From: an uncultured Acidobacteriaceae bacterium
GTDB taxonomy: Bacteria; Acidobacteriota; Terriglobia; Bryobacterales; Bryobacteraceae
Assembly: GCA_963787585.1 (NCBI GenBank)
Contig: CAWBDR010000005.1
Coordinates: 9,092-73,091, forward strand
DNA: 64,000 nucleotides
Direction: 5' to 3'
The notes under the pieces are model-generated. The model saw nothing but the letters and a program-made list of their open reading frames with translations, was not told the DNA's origin and ran no database searches. Numbering within the stretch: the stretch's first letter is position 1; every line of letters begins with the position of its first letter. Of this stretch, positions 16,559 to 25,493 are shown in pieces. The position numbers and the translations under genes are program-made.

Positions 16559-16800
16559 TACTTTGGCTCCGTACCTGCGATACAGCCGCGCCCCTGCCAG
16601 CCAATCTGCACCGCTTTGCCATCCTCAACCAGAACCGGAACCGTGCGCTGCCCATTCGTGACTTCGCGCATTCGCTTAAGAGCCTCGGAATCTGCCTCTA
16701 CGTCGTACTCGATGAACTCCCGACCATTCCATTCGAGCCATTCGCGTATCTCTTGCGTGTATGGGCATCTGGACGTTCCGTAAAGCTCAGTTTTCGGCAC
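16558..16800 (-). CDS. glutaredoxin-fold small protein (CPYT monothiol motif) embedded in the hyp operon
   Basis: VPKTELYGTSRCPYTQEIREWLEWNGREFIEYDVEADSEALKRMREVTNGQRTVPVLVEDGKAVQIGWQGRGC... GTG 16800 overlaps the upstream gene by 14 nt. The TAA stop overlaps the hypF ATG (TAATG). The ORF-track start 16941 lies deep inside the upstream gene. Confidence 0.6.
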   Translation of the reverse strand: MPKTELYGTSRCPYTQEIREWLEWNGREFIEYDVEADSEALKRMREVTNGQRTVPVLVEDGKAVQIGWQGRGCIAGTEPK

Positions 16801-17974
16801 GATCCGATGCCTCCAGGAGCTCGCGCAAAACGTGACAAATCGACGCCTGCACTTCCTGAATACGTGGAATGTAGTCGGAACGAACGACGAGGGCATGATC
16901 GACCAAGCCGCGCCGCAGAATCTCGCCGCCATCATAGCCAAGAAACCCGACTGTGAGCAGATTGCGCCTGCGTGCTTCTTCGAGCGCGATTATGATGTTT
17001 CGCGAGCCGCCGCTGGTCGAAATTCCGACAGCCACGTCCTCAGGTCTGGCTTGTGCAATAAGCTGCCGGAGAAAAATCACTTCAGCGCCGATATCGTTTG
17101 CAAGAGCCGTGATGCTAGCAGGCTCCATCGAAAGTGAAACGGCCGGAACAGGAGTGTAACCCGGGGGCGGAAGAACGCAATCGATCGCGCAATCGTTCGC
17201 GTCGGTTGCAGAACCCCCGTTGCCGAAAAAGATGAGCTTGCCGCCGCGTGCGAGACGCTCACCGACTGCCAGCGCGGCCGCTGCGATCTGCTCGGATCCC
17301 TCATCGGCGACCTGCTGCCGGAGTCTGGCATCTTCCTCGACCTTCGCTTCAATCGAAACGGAGACTTCATTAATTAAGCCGGCGTTTTCCTGGTTCTCTT
17401 GCCCCAGAAAAGGATAAAGAAAACTTGCCTCGCCAACATCGTGGCCGAGTTCCTGCCGCTCGAAAAAGACATGCACCGTTTCCCAAAGTGTGTGATACAG
17501 GATCTCGATCAGCTCCTGATGCATGAGCGGGTCAGGGGTCGTAACCGCTAACGCGTACGTACCGTGTGGCCCGGGTAGTGCGAACGTCATGCAGCCTCGC
17601 TGTTCCATCGATGCGAGAAGGGCTGTTGTTTCGCTATCACCCTTCGGCGGGCCAAAGCCCATAACGATGTCTTGAGGCTGGGCAAGCGCTTCGAGCCACG
17701 GCCCGGAGAGTATCGACAAATCGAGTGCGGGTAGTGCGCGCTTGCCAACGATCACAGGGTGCACAAACTCGACCGATACGTGCTGTGCGTCGGTTGCATA
17801 CGGCCCGCGGCCAAACGCAAGCAATCGGCCGCCTTGAAGGAAACGCTCTGACATTTCGCGGCAGGCGAGGGCAAGGCGTTCCGATTCGCGTGAGAAAAAC
17901 TCACGGTAAGTTTGATTGCGCGCATGCAACGCAATCTCGACGCGGCTGGCGAGCTCAGAGCGGGTGGCCAACAT
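16787..17974 (-). CDS. tandem SIS-domain protein (GmhA/phosphoheptose-isomerase-like), hydrogenase-cluster associated
   Basis: The C-terminal half is GmhA-like: GGKLIFFGNGGSATDANDCAIDC...VAVGISTSGGSRNIIIALEEARRRNLLTVGFLGYDGG. The N-terminal half is a second, more divergent SIS-like unit (GGRLLAFGRGPYATDAQHVSVEFVHP). Confidence 0.7.
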   Translation of the reverse strand: MLATRSELASRVEIALHARNQTYREFFSRESERLALACREMSERFLQGGRLLAFGRGPYATDAQHVSVEFVHPVIVGKRALPALDLSILSGPWLEALAQPQDIVMGFGPPKGDSETTALLASMEQRGCMTFALPGPHGTYALAVTTPDPLMHQELIEILYHTLWETVHVFFERQELGHDVGEASFLYPFLGQENQENAGLINEVSVSIEAKVEEDARLRQQVADEGSEQIAAAALAVGERLARGGKLIFFGNGGSATDANDCAIDCVLPPPGYTPVPAVSLSMEPASITALANDIGAEVIFLRQLIAQARPEDVAVGISTSGGSRNIIIALEEARRRNLLTVGFLGYDGGEILRRGLVDHALVVRSDYIPRIQEVQASICHVLRELLEASDRAEN

Positions 17975-17975
17975 A

Positions 17976-19016
17976 TCAACAGATGCGCGGCAGGGGATCG
18001 CCTACGAGCATGTCGATCACGCGCGTGCCTCCATAGCGAGTGATTCCAAGAACGGTCGACGCTGGCTGCTCGCGAATTTCGCCAATGAGCGTTGCGTCTT
18101 CACCGCCTGGCGTTTGCTGCAGAATTTTGAGGGCCGCATCAGCGTATTGCGGCGCTACGATTAAGACAAACTGGCCTTCATTCGCGATATGAAGCGGATC
18201 GAGCCCTAGCAGCTCGCACGCGCCGCGCACCGTATCGCGAATGGGTATCTGTTCCTCAAAAAGAACCACGCTCAGCTTGCAATCGCGGGCCAGCTCATTC
18301 AAAGATGTGGCTAGTCCGCCGCGGGTGGGATCGCGCATCCAACGAATTCCCGGGCCTACTGCTGTGCCAAGAGCTTCGACCAGAGGGAGCACGGATCGCG
18401 TATCGGAGGAGATCTCGCCTTCCAGATCGAGCTCGCCGCGAGCGAGCAGAACAGTGATGCCGTGATCGCCGATCGGCCCGCTGATCAGCACTCGGTCGCC
18501 TGGACGAACGGCCGCAGCGGAAAGCGTGATTCCCGGTATCAGCCTTCCGATTCCCGCTGTAGTGATATAGATGCCATCCGCTTTGCCGTGTTCGACGACC
18601 TTTGTATCGCCGCCTGAAATCACCACGCCAGCGGTGTGGGCGGCCCTGCTCATCGCCCGAACCTCTGCCTCCAGGATTTCGATTTTGAGTCCGGCTTCGA
18701 GCACATAAGTTACAACCAAAGCTTCGGCTTTCGCGCCCGACACGGCGAGATCGTTCACTGTGCCATTTACCGCAAGCTGACCAATCGATCCGCCGGGAAA
18801 GCTCAGCGGCTTTACGACAAAGCTGTCGGTGGTGATCGCAATTCGCGTCCCATTGATGCTCAAATGAGCCGCATCGCCTAGAGGTTCATCCGAGCCGTCA
18901 AACAGAAGTGGCGCAAATAGCCCCTCGACGAGTCTGCGGCTTGCCTTCCCTCCGGCCCCATGCGCCATCTCGATTTGCGAGTCATGGAACCGGATTTTAG
19001 GCAGAACGGCACTCAT
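17976..19016 (-). CDS. hypE: hydrogenase maturation protein HypE
   Basis: MSAVLPKIRFHDSQIEMAHGAGGK... ending in ..GDPLPRIC, the HypE C-terminal PRIC motif. ATG 19016 lies 10 nt after the hypD stop. The ORF-track start 19061 overlaps hypD. Confidence 0.9.
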   Translation of the reverse strand: MSAVLPKIRFHDSQIEMAHGAGGKASRRLVEGLFAPLLFDGSDEPLGDAAHLSINGTRIAITTDSFVVKPLSFPGGSIGQLAVNGTVNDLAVSGAKAEALVVTYVLEAGLKIEILEAEVRAMSRAAHTAGVVISGGDTKVVEHGKADGIYITTAGIGRLIPGITLSAAAVRPGDRVLISGPIGDHGITVLLARGELDLEGEISSDTRSVLPLVEALGTAVGPGIRWMRDPTRGGLATSLNELARDCKLSVVLFEEQIPIRDTVRGACELLGLDPLHIANEGQFVLIVAPQYADAALKILQQTPGGEDATLIGEIREQPASTVLGITRYGGTRVIDMLVGDPLPRIC

Positions 19017-19026
19017 GTGATGGCCG

Positions 19027-20163
19027 TCACGCGCTCGCAGTAAGCTGCGCCAGCGCAACATTTTTGCGGTGCTCGTAATTGTAGTAAGCTGCGCAAGAAC
19101 CTTCGGAGGAGACCATCAGCGCGCCGACCGGCCGCTCGGGCGTGCACTCTTTTCCGAACAGCTTGCATTGCACAGGTTTTAAAACACCTTTCAGCACTTC
19201 GCCGCATTGCGCAGCTTTGGGATCTGTCACGCGGACACCAGGAATGGAGAAGCGCCGCTCGGAATCCCATTCCGCATAGGTGTCGCGAATCCGCAGAGCA
19301 GATTGAGAAATGAACCCCATGCCGCGCCATTCGAAATAGTTGCGCAATTCGAACACTTCCGCCATGGCCTTTAGCGCAGCGCGATTACCTTCCCACGGGA
19401 CCACGCGCTTGTACTGGTTTTCAACTTTCGCCTCGCCTGTTTTGAGTTGCTGGAGCAGCATAACGATGCTCTGCAGAATATCGACCGGCTCGAACCCGGA
19501 AACGACGATCGGTTTGCCCTCCTTGCTGGCAACCCACTCGTACGGCCGGCAGCCAATCACGGTCGAGACGTGTCCAGGCCCGAGGAATGCGTCGATACGC
19601 ATATCCGGAGAGTCGAGGATCGCGCGGATTGCCGGGATGATCGTTACGTGATTGCAGAAGATGGAGAAGTTGCGCACGCCCATGGCCTTCGCACGTATCA
19701 ACGTCAGGGCTGTCGATGGAGCCGTGGTCTCGAACCCGATCGCGAAAAAGAGAACGTGCTTGTCGGGATTCTTCTGCGCAATTTTCAGAGCATCCGATGG
19801 CGAATAAACGATTCGAACATCCATGCCGCGCGCTTTGTGCTCGAGCGGGCTGCCATCGCGGCCGGGCACCCGCATCATGTCGCCGAAGGCGGTGAAGACC
19901 ACGCCGGGACTTTTCGCCAGCGAAAGTCCGTCGTCAATCCGTCCCATGGGAAGGACGCAGACGGGGCATCCGGGACCGTGTACCAGCTCAATGTTCGGCG
20001 GAAGCAAATCCTTCAAGCCGAAACGGTAGATCGCGTGGGTGTGCCCGCCGCACACCTCCATAAAACGGTAGTGCCGGGCCGGTTCGGCAAGACGACGGAT
20101 CTCTTCGGCCGTCTTCCGGATCACCCCAGCATCGCGAAATTCGTCTACGTACTTCATGTGCAC
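19027..20163 (-). CDS. hypD: hydrogenase maturation protein HypD
   Basis: MKYVDEFRD.., CGGHTHAI, GPGCPVCV. Start is either ATG 20163 or ATG 20157. Confidence 0.95.
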   Translation of the reverse strand: MHMKYVDEFRDAGVIRKTAEEIRRLAEPARHYRFMEVCGGHTHAIYRFGLKDLLPPNIELVHGPGCPVCVLPMGRIDDGLSLAKSPGVVFTAFGDMMRVPGRDGSPLEHKARGMDVRIVYSPSDALKIAQKNPDKHVLFFAIGFETTAPSTALTLIRAKAMGVRNFSIFCNHVTIIPAIRAILDSPDMRIDAFLGPGHVSTVIGCRPYEWVASKEGKPIVVSGFEPVDILQSIVMLLQQLKTGEAKVENQYKRVVPWEGNRAALKAMAEVFELRNYFEWRGMGFISQSALRIRDTYAEWDSERRFSIPGVRVTDPKAAQCGEVLKGVLKPVQCKLFGKECTPERPVGALMVSSEGSCAAYYNYEHRKNVALAQLTASA

Positions 20164-20166
20164 TAG

Positions 20167-20475
20167 CTAAGGCTCGCCGCTCGCTGCTGATCGCGATTCT
20201 GTTTCGGTTGCATCATAGCCTTCCACCTCTTGCAGCAAGGCTTCACTTTCGCCGAGCATCGTGAGCATGCGCAACTGATCCTGCGCTTGCTCCTCGCTGA
20301 TCTTGCTCATTGCAAAACCCACGTGAACCAACACCCAGTCTCCACTCTGCAGGTGCTCGTCTTGTAGCAGTCCGATATCAACGTGGCGCCGGATGCCGGT
20401 CACCTCGACGAGGGCGCGCTGCTGGTCGTCGCCGGGCAGAAGCTCAAGGATCTTGGCTGGTATCGCGAGACACAT
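20167..20475 (-). CDS. hypC: hydrogenase assembly chaperone HypC/HupF family
   Basis: MCLAIPAKILEL.. is the canonical N-terminal Cys2 motif. There is an acidic C-terminal extension. Confidence 0.9.
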   Translation of the reverse strand: MCLAIPAKILELLPGDDQQRALVEVTGIRRHVDIGLLQDEHLQSGDWVLVHVGFAMSKISEEQAQDQLRMLTMLGESEALLQEVEGYDATETESRSAASGEP

Positions 20476-20477
20476 TT

Positions 20478-21320
20478 TTATAAACCATCTGCTGAGAGGA
20501 CGGAACGTTCACCTTGTAAAACGGCCTGTATGATGTGCTTGACCGTCTTTACCGCTTCCTCAATTGCGGCCGAAACAGGTTCACTCAGCCCTATGTTGCC
20601 TGCTTCACCGCCGAACGTGGCCGGTTCGCATCCGACCAGCACGATCCGAGCCGGTACGGCACCCATCGCCCTCGCCAAACGAAGAACGTTAACCGGGTTC
20701 ATTGTGTGTCCGTCCAGCGCGATACGCGTCGTAGAATCGACCGCTTCAGTTAGCTCTGGTTCAATGACGTGGACCGTTCCGGGCTTCTGGCCGCGCGGGC
20801 ACGCATCGACCAGAATGATCAGCTCGTATGGTTCGAGCAATGCGTAGGTGAGATCGTAACCACGAATTCCAAAATCGCGAACGCGGACGCTCTCGGGTAA
20901 GTCTTCCGCAGCGAGCCGCTGGACAACCTCGACGCCGAAACCATCATCGCCCAGAAAGATGTTGCCAATCCCCGCCACAAGAATTTTGGCTTCTGTCGTG
21001 CCCATACTGCCGAGGGCCGCAGGTGCGCACGGCTCGATCTCTTCCGGTTGAAAAAAGAAGCGGTGACCCGGTTGGCGAAGCAGGCCTAAATCCTTACCGG
21101 GATCATCCTCGAGCACCACTGCTACGTGCAGCTTGCCTTCATAATCCTGCTCGATGGTTTCGATTGTTGCTGTCTGGCCTGCCAGGGCCAAATCAAGTAT
21201 GTCGCCGCCGGCGCGCGGGCGAAGCACTACACGATCGCCTTTCCGCACTTCGCAACCGGCGATCCGGATGGTTTCGGTGGAGATCTTGTCTTCGAGCAAC
21301 TGCCATTCCCATTCGTTCAT
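20478..21320 (-). CDS. hydrogenase maturation endopeptidase (HyaD/HupD family) with ~110-aa N-terminal extra domain
   Basis: Residues ~111-280 are KILVAGIGNIFLGDDGFGVEVVQRL...ILVDA...DGH, the protease signature. Residues 1-110 (MNEWEWQLLEDKISTETIRIAGCEVRKGDRVVLRP...) are not part of the family as I know it. Confidence 0.8.
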   Translation of the reverse strand: MNEWEWQLLEDKISTETIRIAGCEVRKGDRVVLRPRAGGDILDLALAGQTATIETIEQDYEGKLHVAVVLEDDPGKDLGLLRQPGHRFFFQPEEIEPCAPAALGSMGTTEAKILVAGIGNIFLGDDGFGVEVVQRLAAEDLPESVRVRDFGIRGYDLTYALLEPYELIILVDACPRGQKPGTVHVIEPELTEAVDSTTRIALDGHTMNPVNVLRLARAMGAVPARIVLVGCEPATFGGEAGNIGLSEPVSAAIEEAVKTVKHIIQAVLQGERSVLSADGL

Positions 21321-22279
21321 GGCAATTCCTCAGAGGATACATCGGAGGCCGCCGCCGATGCCCGCAGGCCACGGAATGCCCCGTGCATTTTCATGAACTG
21401 CTCCGGACTGATCGATTCCGTTCTTTCCAGAATCTGTCGCGCGCGATCATCTACCCGGCTCATTTGTAGCTTCTCTTCATCGCTCAGAGTCATGATGCGC
21501 AGCGTGAGAATCTCATCGATCTCCGTTCCGTCGAACAATGCACCAGCACTTTCAGGTGCGATTTGGGGATAGTCGTACAAGATGATCGGCGAGGAGAGCA
21601 TCGCGTCACGGTCGCCTTCGTTGCCGGCCAGCACGGGATATGTTCCCAAGTTTCGGCATTGCGCGGCGATCTCCTGGTACTCGTCCGGTGGCTCAAGCAG
21701 CGAAATGAACTCGCCTCCGGTGACTTCGAGTACGGTGTGCGCGGACGCGAGAGATTGCATCAGCGCGGGCTCCCGGCCGGACGAATTGGTGTCGTCGATC
21801 GAAATAGTGTTTGTGAGGTGAACACGAACCTTGAACAAGTCCGGGGCAAGCTGTTCAGCTTGCACGTCAATTGCGCCTTCAATCGGTTGGCGGATTCTCA
21901 CGAACGGCTCGTCGGTTTCGCGGCTCGCGGCATAACTGAATGCGTGCCGCACAAGCTGCGAGACAAGATCGGTTAAGGTCAATTCTCGAACCGGGACGTC
22001 GCGTTCTGTCGCCTCTGTCCACCCGTCGTTGCGCTTCATCAGATGAAGGAATCGAGCGATGACGCGGAGCTTTGCGTCCGGGTCAGTGCGTTTAACGAGA
22101 CATTCCGTCTGGGTGTACCATCGATCGGCACCCTGCTGCGCATCGGCAAAGGCTCGCGGGTAGAGGATTCCGAAATTCCAACGCTGCCGGTTCTTCACCG
22201 CTGACGCGCGGTAGGGATAGAGCAGATAGCCCTCATAGAGGACAGCGTTCGCAATCTCCTCGACTCTTTGCCGGTCCAT
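21317..22279 (-). CDS. conserved-looking hypothetical protein, first gene of the maturation operon
   Basis: I prefer ATG 22279 (MDRQRVEEIANAVLYEGYLLYPYRASAVKNRQRWNFG...). The stop overlaps the protease ATG (ATGA). No family name recalled. Confidence 0.55.
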   Translation of the reverse strand: MDRQRVEEIANAVLYEGYLLYPYRASAVKNRQRWNFGILYPRAFADAQQGADRWYTQTECLVKRTDPDAKLRVIARFLHLMKRNDGWTEATERDVPVRELTLTDLVSQLVRHAFSYAASRETDEPFVRIRQPIEGAIDVQAEQLAPDLFKVRVHLTNTISIDDTNSSGREPALMQSLASAHTVLEVTGGEFISLLEPPDEYQEIAAQCRNLGTYPVLAGNEGDRDAMLSSPIILYDYPQIAPESAGALFDGTEIDEILTLRIMTLSDEEKLQMSRVDDRARQILERTESISPEQFMKMHGAFRGLRASAAASDVSSEELP

Positions 22280-22387
22280 GAGCTTAAAATCCGGTCTAAG
22301 TGAGCAGCTCCAGCACTGCCAGCGTATCATTGAAAACTGCCGATCGGCACTGATAATCACATCGACTCACCTGTGGAGTTACCGCGT

Positions 22388-22416
22388 TTAACATTGCCGT
22401 TTGCGAGGAGTACAAT
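22388..22416 (+). promoter_or_regulatory. putative sigma-70-type promoter for hhyS-hhyL (TTAACA-17-TACAAT)
   Basis: TTAACA at 22388-22393, a 17-nt spacer, and TACAAT at 22411-22416. This implies a ~170-nt leader before ATG 22591. Confidence 0.35.
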
Positions 22417-22590
22417 CTCTACAGTTCTTCAGTCAATCATGGCCAGCCGAACTCCTCAGCGCGGTCAAAAACGCAACGAGGCAGGTTCAGAAGAGCCCAT
22501 CCGCAGTTGTACTAGGTCACAAAAGTCCGTGCAATGCGCTCGCAAGCCGCGGAGTCGATAACACGGGCCAAGTTAGATCCCGAGGGGCAC

Positions 22591-23670
22591 ATGCCGCTGC
22601 TAAGTCTTCCTTTCTTGAAACCTAAAAAGCCGATTCCGATAGACGTTCATGTCATCTGGCTGCCTGACGGAATGAGCTGCGATGGCGACACAATCTCGGT
22701 CACAGCAGCCGAGCAACCCGCAATTGAAGATCTGATACTCGGACAAATACCTGGCCTGCCCAAGGTTGTGCTCCACAACCGCGTTCTTGCTTATGAGCAA
22801 GGCGGCGACGATTTCATGGAGTGGCTGTACAAAGCCGAGAAGGGGGAGCTCGAACCGTTTCTGCTGGTGATTGAGGGCTCTGTCGCCAACGAGCGCATAA
22901 AGTCCCAAGGATATTGGACCGGAATCGGGAACCATCCCGACGGGCAGCCAATCACGCTGATGGAATGGATTGACCGGCTGGCGCCGAAAGCCTTCGCCGT
23001 TATTGCAGCGGGTACCTGCGCGACGTACGGAGGTATTCATGCCATGGCCGGCAATCCGACTGGTGCGATGGGTCTTGCCGACTACCTTGGCTGGGATTGG
23101 AAATCGTTCGCGGGGATTCCGATCATCAATGTACCTGGCTGCCCAGTGCAACCGGACAACATGACGGAAACACTGTTGTATCTGCTGTATGAGGCGGCGC
23201 AGATGGCGCCGATGATCCCGCTCGATGAGAACCTACGGCCCACATGGCTGTTCGGCAAGACCGTGCACGAAGGCTGCGATCGCGCCGGTTATTACGAGCA
23301 GGGCGATTTCGCGCATGAGTATGGTTCGCAAAAATGTCTGGTCAAGATCGGTTGCTGGGGCCCGGTAGTCAACTGCAACGTGACGAAGCGGGGGTGGATG
23401 CGGGGCATTGGTGGCTGTCCGAATGTGGGAGGCATCTGTATCGGGTGCACCATGCCAGGATTTCCGGACAAGTTCATGCCATTTATGGATGAGCCTCCTG
23501 GGGCGCGCGTCTCGTCGGCCGCAGTGGGATTTTACGGACACACTATCCGCAGACTGCGCGAGATCACGAATTCGAGCGCGAACAAAGAGCCGAAGTGGCG
23601 GCACAAAGGCGAGCAACTGACAACCGGCTATGAATCCACGACGTACGGATCGGGAAAAGGAGGCAAATGA
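22591..23670 (+). CDS. hhyS: [NiFe]-hydrogenase small subunit, group 1h (Hhy-type), no Tat signal
   Basis: ATG 22591 follows GAGGGG. MPLLSLPFLKPKKPIPIDVHVIWLPDGMSCDGDTISV.. Fe-S cluster cysteines are present (GTCATYGG.., PGCP, CWGPVVNC, GGCPNVGGICIGC). No RRxF motif appears, even in the longer in-frame extension from 22534. Confidence 0.9.
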   Translation: MPLLSLPFLKPKKPIPIDVHVIWLPDGMSCDGDTISVTAAEQPAIEDLILGQIPGLPKVVLHNRVLAYEQGGDDFMEWLYKAEKGELEPFLLVIEGSVANERIKSQGYWTGIGNHPDGQPITLMEWIDRLAPKAFAVIAAGTCATYGGIHAMAGNPTGAMGLADYLGWDWKSFAGIPIINVPGCPVQPDNMTETLLYLLYEAAQMAPMIPLDENLRPTWLFGKTVHEGCDRAGYYEQGDFAHEYGSQKCLVKIGCWGPVVNCNVTKRGWMRGIGGCPNVGGICIGCTMPGFPDKFMPFMDEPPGARVSSAAVGFYGHTIRRLREITNSSANKEPKWRHKGEQLTTGYESTTYGSGKGGK

Positions 23671-25493
23671 TGAGCGTCGCTACTGAAGAAACCGTGCAGA
23701 GATCTAGCGGTAAGCGAACGCTAGTGGAGATGAACTGGGATCCGGTCACGCGGATCGTGGGCAGCCTGGGTATCTATACCAAAATCGATTTTGAGAACCG
23801 CGAAGTGGCAGAGTGCTACAGCACTTCTTCGCTGTTCCGCGGCTATAGCGTGTTCATGAAAGGAAAGGACCCTCGCGACGCACCGTTCATCACTAGCCGG
23901 ATTTGCGGCATCTGCGGTGATAACCATGCCACATGCGCCGTTTACGCGCAGAACATGGCGTTCGGCGTGAAAACGCCGAATACAGGTGAATGGATCATCA
24001 ATCTTGGCGAAGCGGCCGAGTACATGTTCGACCATAATCTGTTTCAAGACAACCTGGTCGGCGTGGATTTTTGCGAGCAGATGGTCAAGGAAACCAATCC
24101 GAGCGTATGGGACAAGGCACAAAGGACAGATGCGCCGAACGCCGCGGCCCACGGATACCGCAAAATCAGCGATATCATGACGGCGCTAAACCCGTTTACC
24201 GGCGAATTCTATCGGCAGGCGCTGCAGATGAGCCGTCTCACCCGTGAAATGTTCTGTTTGATGGAAGGCCGCCACGTGCATCCTTCCACGCTGTATCCGG
24301 GCGGCACCGGGACGGTTGCGACCATACAGGTCTTCACCGATTTTCTGGTGCGGCTGATGAAGTACGTGGATTTCATGAAGGCGGCGGTGCCGTTGCACAA
24401 TGACTTGTTCGACTTTTTCTATCAGGCGCTGCCCGGCTATGAGAAAGTCGGCCAGCGGCGGATTCTGCTCGGTTGCTGGGGCGCATGGAACGATCCCGAA
24501 GAGTGCGATTACACCTATAAGAAAATGTCCGATTGGGGAAAGGAGATGTTTGTTACTCCAGGCGTCATCGTAGACGGTGAACTGGTGACCAACGACCTGG
24601 TGGACATCAATCTCGGGATGCGTATCCTGCTGGGCAGCTCGTATTACGAAGATTGGGCCGGCAAAGAGATTTTCGTCAAGAAAGATCCGCTGGGCAATGC
24701 CGTGGATCCGCGGCATCCGTGGAACCAGACGACCACACCGAAGCCTCAAAAGCGCGCGTTTCGCGGAAATTATTCCTGGGTGATGTCGCCGCGCTGGTTT
24801 CATGAGAAGACGGGCGATTTTCTAGCGCTCGATACGGGGGGCGGGCCCATCGCGCGGCTGTGGGCAACCGCGCTCTCCGGACGAGTCGACATCGGATATG
24901 TGAAGGCCGAAAAGGGCAAAGGGGTGAAGATCACGCTGCCCAAGACTTCCGCGCTGCCGGAGGTCGAGTTCGAGTGGAAGATCCCACAATGGAGTAATGC
25001 GATCGAACGCGATCGCGCGCGGACTTATTTTCAGGCCTATGCGGCGGCAGCGGCGATGTACTTCGTCGAGAAGGCGATCGCGGAGGTTCACAAAGGCCAC
25101 ACCAAGACGTGGGCGCCATTCCAAGTGCCGGAAGAGGCGATCGGCTGCGGCTTCCACGAAGCCGTGCGCGGCGTCCTTTCGCATCACGTGGTGATTCGCG
25201 ACCGCAAGATCGCAAATTATCATCCCTATCCGCCGACGCCGTGGAACGCGAGCCCGCGCGATAGCTACGGCACGCTAGGACCATACGAGGATGCAGTGCA
25301 GAATACACCCATTTTCGAGGAGAACGGGCCCGACAAATTCAAGGGCGTCGATATTATGCGCGCGGTCCGCAGCTTTGATCCATGCCTGCCTTGCGGTGTG
25401 CACATGTATGTCGGCAACGGAAAAGTGATCGAATCGCGGCACTCGCCTACGTTCGGGAGGTTCGAGCATACCGGCGCCTCGGGCAAAGTATGA
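23667..25493 (+). CDS. hhyL: [NiFe]-hydrogenase large subunit, group 1h (Hhy-type)
   Basis: The ATG overlaps the hhyS stop (ATGA). The N-terminal motif is ITSRICGICGDNH. The C-terminal motif is SFDPCLPCGVH, followed by a 29-aa tail (25404-25490) of the kind removed by the maturation protease. Confidence 0.95.
   Translation: MMSVATEETVQRSSGKRTLVEMNWDPVTRIVGSLGIYTKIDFENREVAECYSTSSLFRGYSVFMKGKDPRDAPFITSRICGICGDNHATCAVYAQNMAFGVKTPNTGEWIINLGEAAEYMFDHNLFQDNLVGVDFCEQMVKETNPSVWDKAQRTDAPNAAAHGYRKISDIMTALNPFTGEFYRQALQMSRLTREMFCLMEGRHVHPSTLYPGGTGTVATIQVFTDFLVRLMKYVDFMKAAVPLHNDLFDFFYQALPGYEKVGQRRILLGCWGAWNDPEECDYTYKKMSDWGKEMFVTPGVIVDGELVTNDLVDINLGMRILLGSSYYEDWAGKEIFVKKDPLGNAVDPRHPWNQTTTPKPQKRAFRGNYSWVMSPRWFHEKTGDFLALDTGGGPIARLWATALSGRVDIGYVKAEKGKGVKITLPKTSALPEVEFEWKIPQWSNAIERDRARTYFQAYAAAAAMYFVEKAIAEVHKGHTKTWAPFQVPEEAIGCGFHEAVRGVLSHHVVIRDRKIANYHPYPPTPWNASPRDSYGTLGPYEDAVQNTPIFEENGPDKFKGVDIMRAVRSFDPCLPCGVHMYVGNGKVIESRHSPTFGRFEHTGASGKV

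Noticed and set aside
22373-22625. Two short plus-strand ORFs (62 and 74 aa) in the hyp/hhy intergenic region.
   Set aside because: They overlap each other and the predicted promoter and leader. They have no SD and no motif, and are likely non-coding leader sequence.
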